From the IMG/VR virus record IMGVR_UViG_3300034061_006146, positions 1 to 56,447 of that record: DNA of 56,447 nucleotides. One strand, given 5' to 3'. Source of the stretch: a virus (lineage: Duplodnaviria; Caudoviricetes). Shown here in pieces: positions 27,599 to 35,794 of the stretch. Numbering within the stretch: the stretch's first letter is position 1; every line of letters begins with the position of its first letter. The notes beneath the pieces are model-generated. The model searched no databases. It was not told the DNA's origin and saw nothing but the letters and a program-made list of their open reading frames with translations. A program made the position numbers and the translations under genes.

Positions 27599-30500
27599 TT
27601 AGTGAATTCCAGGATCTGTGGTAATCATCCTAGCTCCGGTGAATATGCCTGGCATTTTTGTTGCAAATATTAGGCTACCGGTTGAGGTTAAACTTGATCT
27701 CCACGCAATTTCATCCAAAAATATTGCAAATAGTGGATTCTTATGGGTCAGTCTTTCCCATGGAGGAAGATCATCCTGATTGACGAATGGATTTGCTGCA
27801 ATTCTAGCGATCTTGACCCCTGGCTTACTCGCCAAAGCTGGTGCTAAGATTGCGGCTAAATACGCAACTTCCTTTAATACTGGTTCAGCCGCAGTCACAA
27901 CCGGTAGGTATGCGGCTCGAATTATATTAATGGCATCAAGATTCATAAGTTTAGTCTTAGATGAATTTGGAATCTTAAGTTGCAAAGCTAAGATGATTAG
28001 CTTTATTGGTAGAATGAATGGGTTGGCAGATTCAATAACATTAAGAGATAGATCCTTAAAACTTTGTGCAATATTTAAAATTGGGACGACTATGCTCTTT
28101 AACGGTTCTAGGATTCCGTCAATTGCCGCGAATAGTAGGCCTCTAATTAATTCAACAAGATCAGTAGAAGTCATTAGTGCAAAATAAGAGACAAGATCCA
28201 ATGGAATATTTGGAATCTTAGGTAAGGTCAAGACTATCCCGTTTGGTAATTTTACCGAAACTGTTCTTGAAATATTAGTGGTAGAAACTGTCGCGAATTG
28301 GGAATCTCCACACGGTACTTGCTTAATAATTTCTTGAAGAGTTGGAGATTCTACGCTAAGCCCCGTAAATTCTAGTAGATTACCAGCATCGGACAAGAGC
28401 CTTAATAGTAATTCAAGCAAATATGCGATTGCGGCTTTTAGTAGAGGTTTTAGGATAGCGTTCAATGGAATTACGATTGGTACTGGAAATACTGGACCAA
28501 GCGGAATTGGAGCCTGAGGTATGTGAGTTGCGGCTAACACCGGTAATATCATTGTTTTAAATATTGCAACCACATCAGGAAGAGCAGGAATTGAAATTGG
28601 TGGAAACGCTGATAGGGTTGCATCGAATAGAGATTTTACTGCGTCTATTCCAATATTTGAGGCAGCCTCACCGAACATGTTCTTTAGAGTTTCAATAGTT
28701 AGTCCTTGTAAAAATGCATCTAATAAAGCATTAAAAATAGCGATTGCCGCTAATACTTGAGGAGACGGTAAATTATTTGGTTTAGCAGATTCAGTTGCAC
28801 AGCACGGAGCAGAAGGATCAAATAGCTTGAGAGTAGGTGGAGTTAGAGCAAGTGAAGATAGTGCAAACGCTGCTTTGATTCGCTTCTTTCGTAATTCATT
28901 GGCTTTTGCAATCTCTGCCTTTCGCTCTTCTGGTAAATTAGGATCAATGTCTTCATCGGTCGTTTTATCCCCAGTTGCATGAGCCAAGGCATCATTTGCA
29001 AACTTCTTTATTGCTTTCTTAAATTCATTAACATCTTCTAATTTATTTAGATTAAATTCTTTCTTTGGTATGTCTAATTTACTTGGATCAATTTGTGATG
29101 CAAACTTTTTAATTAAGGCAATTAGGTTTGTGGATTTTAGATCAGGTACAAGCTCTCCCCTAGCTGCTTTTTCAATTAGAGGTTGAACAGCAGTGACTGC
29201 TCCAGGCAGTTTAGGATTATGTCTAGTTGGATTCTTTGGAATTGATATTGTGCCTAAATTAATCTTATCAATGTACGACTCAAAATCAGAAAGTACGCTT
29301 TGAATTTTGTCGGTCAATCTAATTGGATCAAGAGCTCGAGCCTTGTCCTTTGCGGCAAGTCTGTCCTTTGGATCAGTAATATCCTCAGCTGAGACTACTC
29401 CCTTTTGTCTAGTCGATCTGGTTTTTTCCTTTAGTCGAGTAACTGCATTTATCTGCATGTCTCCCAAAATCTTAAATTGAGCATTGAGATCTGCCTTGAA
29501 TTTAGTAGTGATATTAATAAATTCCTCAGCCGCACCTCCATCAAGCGCAGCAGATGATGCTTCAAATTGGCCTAAGTAATTTTGTAGGTAGAATTGAGGA
29601 TCAATTTCCTTGATCACACGGCCGTCTGGAGTTTTAATTGACGGATTTTTACCTTGAGCAAGATCCGCTGCAAACGCGGCTAATCTAATTGCCTTTGACG
29701 AACTTGCAGTTACTTTAATCGGTACCAATAATGAGCCTTTGATTAATTGGCCTTTATGTGGATTTGAATTACTCAAGCCGATTGGATTATCTGATTCACC
29801 AGACGTATCAATCTCAAATCCATACTTAATTGCACCAGGTGCAAATACTAATGGAAAGTTTGGAGCAAGTAGCATGTACTTATTACCGTCTGGTGAAAAA
29901 TAGAACATGTACACGGAAGGCAATGGAATTCCAACGATAAGAGCAGGCAAAGTCAAAAAGGTTACTAGGGTTCCAAGTGAAGATGATAGAGAAAATAGGA
30001 CTCTCCATTTTTGTGGCATTGGAATCATGACCACTCCTACTGGAGTCGGAATTATATTGTTTATCGGCCAGTATCTTAATAACGGAGAAGTTAAATCAGG
30101 TATAGGTAAAACACTAATTTGATTCAGTGAATTTGCAAATTCTTTCCAGTAACAAGGGTTATTCATGTCCGGGAGACTTGAGTCTGTGCCAGAAAGGGTA
30201 CGGATCATTAAAGGATCTGATCCTAACTTTTTCTTAGTTTCCTCCTCACAATCCTTTGCAGTTGCTTTGGCCTTAGCCGCATCCTTGAAACAGGCAACTG
30301 TTGAAATTCTCTTAGCCAAAACGTCTGGATCCATTGAATTCTGAGTTATTAATTCAGAAATTTGATCAATATCAGCCTGAAGGTCCTTGATCTTTTGATC
30401 AATTTCATCTGCTGCTTTTGTGTAATATGCAAGCCTACTTGAAACAACTTTGTCTAGGTTAGAATACGTGAATTCTCCAGCCAAATAAATGTTTGAGCCC

Positions 30501-31972
30501 TTGGCTTTATAAGTTAATGGACGCGCTAACTTGACCTCAGAGTCCGTGGTTTTTCTAAAGAAGTCAGCTGCCTCGGCTTGTCCAAGAGCCTTAAGCTCAT
30601 CTACTGCAGGTTGAATTTGTTTTGGAAAGACTTTTTCTCTCTCATCTTTTAATTTAGTAGGTAGAGTCTTTGCAGCCTCATCATAAAACTTTGAGTACTG
30701 CGCTTGATTTCCAATATAAAAAGTTGTGCCCTCATCAGTTATTGACTTTGGAGCATCTTCGATGTCCCTTATGATTGGATCTATTTTGTCTGGATCAACA
30801 GTAAGCCCCCTTTCTTCAGGCGTGTACAAGTACCTAACTGGATTTGCAAGTTTTTTATAGAGACCAGCATATCCGTTCGTTTCATTATACAATGCTCCAG
30901 GAATGAACGCGTAATCGGTTTCAGTTGGAGGACCTGACTGAAATGCTCTAGATTGGAGCGCGGTTCCTACTGTATTAGCGAATGGAAAAAATTTAAGATA
31001 CGGGCTGGTTCTAATGTTAATTATCTTTTCGACTTGTTCCGAAGATCCATCTGCTTTTACTTGAGGCACCGTTATTTTGTAGCTGTCTAGGTCAAGTATT
31101 CTAACCTCATAGGCCAGTGATCTAGCTGACGTAACTAATTTGGTGACCGGCTGTACTACGTCGGTATCATTGAATATTGGAACTAACTGTCCACTTATTT
31201 GCCTGGTTGTGTCAAGCACATTAGCTTTAACAACGGTCGCTAGGCCAAGGTTAGGTATTGACTGGATTCTGGTCTTTAGCGCATTAGTCGCGCCGGTTTT
31301 TGCTCTATCTCGAGATTTACCAGCTTCAATTCTAGCATTCCTAGCGGTTGAATACGCTTTATATACGTCAGATGAAATTAGCAAAGATATAACAACGTCT
31401 GATGCAATTTTAGATAGTTCATCAAGATTTCCAGAAAATATTGATAACGCAACCTTATCATTTACTTTAACGAGCCAATTTAAAATAAGTAAAATTGGAT
31501 CAACTGTTTTTATCTTATCTGGAGCATTATCTTCACGATATTTATTGTAAATTGATTCTTCAAGCCGCTTTAACCTGTTAAATTCATCATCCCAATAAAT
31601 GAACTCTGATGTGAATGGGGCTAAGGTTGTTATAGTATCATTGAAGAATTTATAACGCTCTCGATAGTGAACTGAAATGATCTTGTAATGATCTTGCGCC
31701 TCTTCTAACTTACCTTTGATTGCTGAAAGTTCAACTAGTGTTCCCTGTTTGGAAAGCTGGTCAATCATGATCTTTTTGACCTCCTCAATGCCAGCATTTA
31801 CGCACGAATCAGTCTCTGGGACAGCAACATTTACATTGGATGGCGGTGGTGCAACTGGTTCAGGTAAACAGGCCTTAACCTTCGCTAAGTCATCCTCAGT
31901 GAAGATTGGAGAGGCAGTCCTTCCACACTTAATATCGTTAATTAGTTTCTTAAACTGATTGTCCAATTGCAA
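27599..31972 (-). CDS. Large hypothetical protein (1457 aa)
   Basis: Long uninterrupted ORF with an uncertain TTG start. Coiled-coil segments and Pro/Ile/Leu-rich hydrophobic stretches. Confidence 0.8.
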   Translation of the reverse strand: MQLDNQFKKLINDIKCGRTASPIFTEDDLAKVKACLPEPVAPPPSNVNVAVPETDSCVNAGIEEVKKIMIDQLSKQGTLVELSAIKGKLEEAQDHYKIISVHYRERYKFFNDTITTLAPFTSEFIYWDDEFNRLKRLEESIYNKYREDNAPDKIKTVDPILLILNWLVKVNDKVALSIFSGNLDELSKIASDVVISLLISSDVYKAYSTARNARIEAGKSRDRAKTGATNALKTRIQSIPNLGLATVVKANVLDTTRQISGQLVPIFNDTDVVQPVTKLVTSARSLAYEVRILDLDSYKITVPQVKADGSSEQVEKIINIRTSPYLKFFPFANTVGTALQSRAFQSGPPTETDYAFIPGALYNETNGYAGLYKKLANPVRYLYTPEERGLTVDPDKIDPIIRDIEDAPKSITDEGTTFYIGNQAQYSKFYDEAAKTLPTKLKDEREKVFPKQIQPAVDELKALGQAEAADFFRKTTDSEVKLARPLTYKAKGSNIYLAGEFTYSNLDKVVSSRLAYYTKAADEIDQKIKDLQADIDQISELITQNSMDPDVLAKRISTVACFKDAAKAKATAKDCEEETKKKLGSDPLMIRTLSGTDSSLPDMNNPCYWKEFANSLNQISVLPIPDLTSPLLRYWPINNIIPTPVGVVMIPMPQKWRVLFSLSSSLGTLVTFLTLPALIVGIPLPSVYMFYFSPDGNKYMLLAPNFPLVFAPGAIKYGFEIDTSGESDNPIGLSNSNPHKGQLIKGSLLVPIKVTASSSKAIRLAAFAADLAQGKNPSIKTPDGRVIKEIDPQFYLQNYLGQFEASSAALDGGAAEEFINITTKFKADLNAQFKILGDMQINAVTRLKEKTRSTRQKGVVSAEDITDPKDRLAAKDKARALDPIRLTDKIQSVLSDFESYIDKINLGTISIPKNPTRHNPKLPGAVTAVQPLIEKAARGELVPDLKSTNLIALIKKFASQIDPSKLDIPKKEFNLNKLEDVNEFKKAIKKFANDALAHATGDKTTDEDIDPNLPEERKAEIAKANELRKKRIKAAFALSSLALTPPTLKLFDPSAPCCATESAKPNNLPSPQVLAAIAIFNALLDAFLQGLTIETLKNMFGEAASNIGIDAVKSLFDATLSAFPPISIPALPDVVAIFKTMILPVLAATHIPQAPIPLGPVFPVPIVIPLNAILKPLLKAAIAYLLELLLRLLSDAGNLLEFTGLSVESPTLQEIIKQVPCGDSQFATVSTTNISRTVSVKLPNGIVLTLPKIPNIPLDLVSYFALMTSTDLVELIRGLLFAAIDGILEPLKSIVVPILNIAQSFKDLSLNVIESANPFILPIKLIILALQLKIPNSSKTKLMNLDAINIIRAAYLPVVTAAEPVLKEVAYLAAILAPALASKPGVKIARIAANPFVNQDDLPPWERLTHKNPLFAIFLDEIAWRSSLTSTGSLIFATKMPGIFTGARMITTDPGIH

Positions 31973-32002
31973 AAATTCTTTATTTTATCTATCGATCAGG
32001 CT

Positions 32003-32040
32003 AAACAGAACAGCGCCCGTGAGAATTACTCAACAGGCGC
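32003..32040 (-). terminator. Intrinsic terminator after groEL
   Basis: Minus strand gcgcctgttgag-taat-tctcacgggcgc then tgttctgttt. Confidence 0.65.
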
Positions 32041-32065
32041 ATGTTCCTCGATGGCTAATATTCGA

Positions 32066-33649
32066 TTATTGAACTTGAGAGTTCATTTGGGGCTTTTGTA
32101 CCATTAGGCAGTCAGTTGTGATTAAAAGGCCTGCGATTGAAACTGCGTTTTCTAAAGCGGTTCTAGTAACTTTGACTGGATCAATAATTCCATTATCGAT
32201 CATGTCAACGTACTCCTCAGTTTTAGCATTGTATCCAGGAGCGCCTTCGTTTATTTTATTTAGAACAATATCTGGATTTACTCCAGCGTTTTCTAAGATT
32301 GAACGGAACGGCTGGTGACAGGCTTTCTTAATTAGATCGATTCCTAATTGAATATCTCTAATAGGTGAAGTAATTGTAACTGAGTTTACGGCTTTGACTA
32401 GAGCAAGACCACCTCCCATAACAATACCTTCAGCAACCGCTGATCGGGTTGCTCCCAATGCATCGTCAATTCGGTCAGATTTCTCTCTAGCTTCAAGTTC
32501 AGAAGTTGCACCAATTTTAATGATTGCAACGCCACCCTCAAATTTAGAAAGTCTTTCTTTTAGAAGTAGTTTAGAGGTTTCTGACTCACATGCTTGGATT
32601 TGAGCCTTTAGATCAGTGGTTAATTCTGCAATTGACTCAGCTGTTCCAAATCCACCAATTATTGTGGTTGAATCTGATGTGATTGTTATTTTATCACAAC
32701 CTCCAACGTAATTTGCAGCAATTGTTTCTTTAAGCGTGATACCGTCTAGCTCAGAAATCAGTTTTCCACCAGTTAAGGTAGCGATATCCTGTAGTTTAAA
32801 ACGACGCTGCTCTCCAAAACCTGGAGATCTAACTGCCGCTACTTTTAGAGTGCCTTGTAATTTATTAACAAGTAGAGTGTTTAGAGCTTCTCCATCAACT
32901 CCATCACTAATGATTAATAATGGACGTCTTTGTTTGTTTGAATACTCTAAGAACTGTAACATGTCTTGTAGATTTGAAATCTTACCATCATACACTAAGA
33001 TTAGAGGTTTTTCAAATTCTACAGTATTTCTTTCTGGATTAGTAATGAAATATGGGGATAGGTATCCGTTTTGGAATTGCATTCCCTCAACTATTTCAAC
33101 AAAAGTTTCTCCAGTTTTACTTTCGCCTGCTGTAATAATTCCATCGAATCCAACTGCTTCCATTGCGTCCGCAATAATTGATCCAATTTCTTCATCATTA
33201 TTCGCAGAGATTGTTGCAACTTGACGAATTTTATCGAAGTCCTCAACCGTTTGAGACTGTTCTTTTAGGTTGGAGATGATGTGTTCCATTCCAATCTCAA
33301 TACCTTTCTTAAGGTCCATTGGATGAGAGCCGGTTTCAATCAATCGATTACCTTCAGTAAAGATTGCATGGGCAAGAACGGTTGCGGTAGTGGTACCGTC
33401 ACCAGCTTCCATTGCAACTTTATTTGCAACCTGCTTGATCATTTGAGCTCCGACATTTTCCATGTAGTCCTCAAGATGAACTTCACGAGCAACGGTAACT
33501 CCGTCCTTTGTTATTGCAACACTGTTATCGCGAGCAATAACAACATTTCGGCCTCTTGGGCCTAGCGTGACTTTAACAGCTTCGGCTAATGCATTAATAC
33601 CTGCGGCTAACTGCTGTCTAGCATCTGCCTTAAATTTAGTTTGCTTCAC
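32066..33649 (-). CDS. groEL: Chaperonin GroEL
   Basis: AVKVTLGPRGRNV, ITKDGVTVA, AGDGTTTATVLA, ATISANND, GYLSPYF, PGFGEQR, GIIDPVKVTRTALENA. No GGM tail. Confidence 0.97.
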   Translation of the reverse strand: MKQTKFKADARQQLAAGINALAEAVKVTLGPRGRNVVIARDNSVAITKDGVTVAREVHLEDYMENVGAQMIKQVANKVAMEAGDGTTTATVLAHAIFTEGNRLIETGSHPMDLKKGIEIGMEHIISNLKEQSQTVEDFDKIRQVATISANNDEEIGSIIADAMEAVGFDGIITAGESKTGETFVEIVEGMQFQNGYLSPYFITNPERNTVEFEKPLILVYDGKISNLQDMLQFLEYSNKQRRPLLIISDGVDGEALNTLLVNKLQGTLKVAAVRSPGFGEQRRFKLQDIATLTGGKLISELDGITLKETIAANYVGGCDKITITSDSTTIIGGFGTAESIAELTTDLKAQIQACESETSKLLLKERLSKFEGGVAIIKIGATSELEAREKSDRIDDALGATRSAVAEGIVMGGGLALVKAVNSVTITSPIRDIQLGIDLIKKACHQPFRSILENAGVNPDIVLNKINEGAPGYNAKTEEYVDMIDNGIIDPVKVTRTALENAVSIAGLLITTDCLMVQKPQMNSQVQ

Positions 33650-33665
33650 TTATTATTTGATTATT

Positions 33666-34409
33666 TTACTTTACTATTATATCAGACTTTTCGATTTGGT
33701 TTAGGCCAGATAATCTTAAAGCTGTTTGCATTAGTGTAATTACGTCCTTTTGGCAGTATTCCTTGATGCGATCAACATCACCAGCATAAAAAGTTTCATG
33801 TACTTCTGACCCATTAATATCGTCCTTTGGCGAATCTATGCCCAAGACTGATGCTAAGAGGTCAAGCGATGTGAATCCTTCTTGCCATGCACCGAAAGAC
33901 CATAGTTCAGAGGTATCGGTTATTGAAATTTCCCAAGGTTTCTTGTCCCAAACTTGCAAAGGTGTTGCTGGTTCAATTCCGTGAATGAAAGCTCGCTTAC
34001 ATAAGAAAGGCACGTCAAATCTCTTGACATTATGTCCGAATAACTTAATTCCGTTCTTTGCTAAGCCTGTCATTAATTTAAAGGATTGATTTAGGATCTC
34101 TACCTCGTTATTGCCAGAATATGAAACAATTTGGGCAGTTGGTGCCCCGTCAACGAATTTCATTTTGCCAAAGGAAACACAAACAACTCTACCGAATTCA
34201 GCTTGCAGAGCGGATTTCATCTGAAACAGCTCGTCATCTGACTTGTCTTTATTATCGGGATACTTGTCACCTAGTTGAGTTCTCAAGATTTCAGCTCTTT
34301 TTGACCAGAGATCTTGCAGTTTGGGGGATAATTCTGAAAAATTTGACTCTGCACCAGCAGTTTCAATGTCAAAAAACAGAAATTTTTCTAATTGATGTGG
34401 ATCAAACAT
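33666..34409 (-). CDS. Stand-alone PolB-related 3'-5' exonuclease (DEDDy)
   Basis: LFFDIET, AEFGRVVCVSFG, GHNVKRFDVPFL, KKPWE, SLDLLASVLGIDSPKDDING, YCQKDV. Confidence 0.88.
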   Translation of the reverse strand: MFDPHQLEKFLFFDIETAGAESNFSELSPKLQDLWSKRAEILRTQLGDKYPDNKDKSDDELFQMKSALQAEFGRVVCVSFGKMKFVDGAPTAQIVSYSGNNEVEILNQSFKLMTGLAKNGIKLFGHNVKRFDVPFLCKRAFIHGIEPATPLQVWDKKPWEISITDTSELWSFGAWQEGFTSLDLLASVLGIDSPKDDINGSEVHETFYAGDVDRIKEYCQKDVITLMQTALRLSGLNQIEKSDIIVK

Positions 34410-34432
34410 GATTATTGTATTTTACAAGATAG

Positions 34433-34459
34433 AATATACTAATAATTAGTAGAAAGTAG
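34433..34459 (-). promoter_or_regulatory. Weak copy of the early/middle promoter, CTACT-N15-GTATATT
   Basis: Same spacing as the other copies; upstream of the exonuclease-groEL unit. Confidence 0.4.
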
Positions 34460-34460
34460 C

Positions 34461-34542
34461 CTAGGGACTAAGGTATTAGGAACTAGGTACCTTAATTCTT
34501 TATTTTATATTAAATAAGTAGACTAGGTACTAGGTATCTAGG
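34461..34542. repeat. Two clusters of (C)TAGG repeats flanking an AT-rich spacer; candidate origin
   Basis: CTAGG at 34461, 34483, 34523, 34530, 34538; variants TAAGG 34469 and TAGG 34477. Spacer 34492-34520 has 2 G/C in 29 nt. Confidence 0.7.
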
Positions 34543-34565
34543 CTCTATACCCTCCCAACACCCTT

Positions 34566-34592
34566 ATTCTACAGTAACTTTTACAAAAGTTT
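34566..34592 (-). promoter_or_regulatory. Putative promoter AAACT-N15-GTAGAAT firing into the CTAGG repeats
   Basis: Minus strand aaact tttgtaaaagttact gtagaat. Confidence 0.65.
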
Positions 34593-34598
34593 TGAGCA

Positions 34599-34625
34599 AA
34601 ACTAAAGTTTTTTTGGTAGTAGAAT
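34599..34625 (+). promoter_or_regulatory. Putative promoter AAACT-N15-GTAGAAT for the RuvC-like and gp55 genes
   Basis: aaact aaagtttttttggta gtagaat, back-to-back with the minus-strand copy. Confidence 0.65.
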
Positions 34626-34648
34626 ATTCAAAATCACCAAAATGAGCT

Positions 34649-35323
34649 TTGTTTGTAATTGGCATAGACTTTTCAATACAGTTTCCAGCTGTTTGTATCA
34701 GTAAAGACTTTAAAAGTTTTAGCTGGATTGCTTGCGTCAATTCCAATCTAACAAAAGCACATCGAAAACTACTTGAGGACGTTCAACTTGAGCATCCTAC
34801 TCTTGAATTCATTTTTCTCCCCCCTAAGAATCTTAAGCACGACACCTATTCGGCAACTGAACGGGCTAAATTAGAGAATTACTCTAGACTAGTTGACGTT
34901 CTAATCGATCGCGTCAATCAAATTGTTCTACCTGGATTAAACGGTCAGCCTTTAATTGTTTCGATTGAGGGAATTGCGTACGGAGCGCAAGGTAATGCTC
35001 TAATTGATATATGTCAAGCGACCGGTATGCTTAGAAAGAAGATCTTGGACACAACCTTAAGCGGTCATCAGGAAAGCGTGTTCATATTTTCACCAGGAGA
35101 GCTTAAAAATTCAATCGGAGCCAAGGGAAATGCTGGCAAATACGACGTGTACCAGCAATTCAAATCAAATCCAATGATTGCCAATGGCAGTAGTCTTCAC
35201 CAAGTGATAAATAAGTACGAAGATCAAGTGCTCAAGGACCAGAATGTAAAATCTCCGTTCATGGACATGATCGACTCTTATTTAGCAGTGCTAAAAATAC
35301 ACGAGTCGTTAAAAGAATCATAA
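34649..35323 (+). CDS. RuvC-like (RNase H fold) nuclease / Holliday junction resolvase
   Basis: VIGIDFS, SIEGIAYG, ATGMLR, FSPGELK..IGAKGNAGK, DMIDSY. Confidence 0.75.
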   Translation: MFVIGIDFSIQFPAVCISKDFKSFSWIACVNSNLTKAHRKLLEDVQLEHPTLEFIFLPPKNLKHDTYSATERAKLENYSRLVDVLIDRVNQIVLPGLNGQPLIVSIEGIAYGAQGNALIDICQATGMLRKKILDTTLSGHQESVFIFSPGELKNSIGAKGNAGKYDVYQQFKSNPMIANGSSLHQVINKYEDQVLKDQNVKSPFMDMIDSYLAVLKIHESLKES

Positions 35324-35326
35324 TTC

Positions 35327-35746
35327 ATGTCAAAAGCAAAGGAAAGTAAGTACTACATTAATAATAGAGACTTCACAAACGAAATAATTAGGTGCAAACA
35401 CGGCCTCTTAAATGAAGAGACTGGTTATCAGCACATAGCTGGTGAACTTTCACCAATTGCAATCAACTATTTCGTAATTTTAGCCAATCGGGCAATCTTA
35501 AAACTTAGATTTAGCAACCCATTAGATAAAGAGGACTGCATTCAGTCCGCTCTACTCGATCTACTTAGGTACTGGAGAAATTTCAATGAGGAAAAATCAA
35601 ACAATGCATTTGCATACTTCACGCAAATCGCAAAAAATGGCTATGCTAAGGAATACAAGAAGATCTACAAGCATATCGGAAAGGGCGAAAAAGTTGAGTT
35701 CGTTTCCTTAAGCCATTCGGGTGAGAGCGAGATCTACACTATTTAA
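35327..35746 (+). CDS. gp55: Late-transcription sigma factor, T4 gp55 family
   Basis: YYINNRDF, KEDCIQSA, YWRNFNEEKSNNAFAYFTQIA; gp55 hallmark is FD..K..NPFAY.TQI. Confidence 0.9.
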   Translation: MSKAKESKYYINNRDFTNEIIRCKHGLLNEETGYQHIAGELSPIAINYFVILANRAILKLRFSNPLDKEDCIQSALLDLLRYWRNFNEEKSNNAFAYFTQIAKNGYAKEYKKIYKHIGKGEKVEFVSLSHSGESEIYTI

Positions 35747-35763
35747 TCCATTCGCCAGGCTTA

Positions 35764-35770
35764 ATAAATA
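35764..35770 (+). promoter_or_regulatory. Late promoter box ATAAATA
   Basis: Ends 24 nt before ATG 35795, at the head of the structural cluster. Confidence 0.65.
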
Positions 35771-35794
35771 AAGGTAAAGAGCTAGGCATCGCAC

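Noticed and set aside
34461-34542. CRISPR mini-array
   Set aside because: Repeats are 5-8 nt without unique 25-40 nt spacers, and no cas gene is present.
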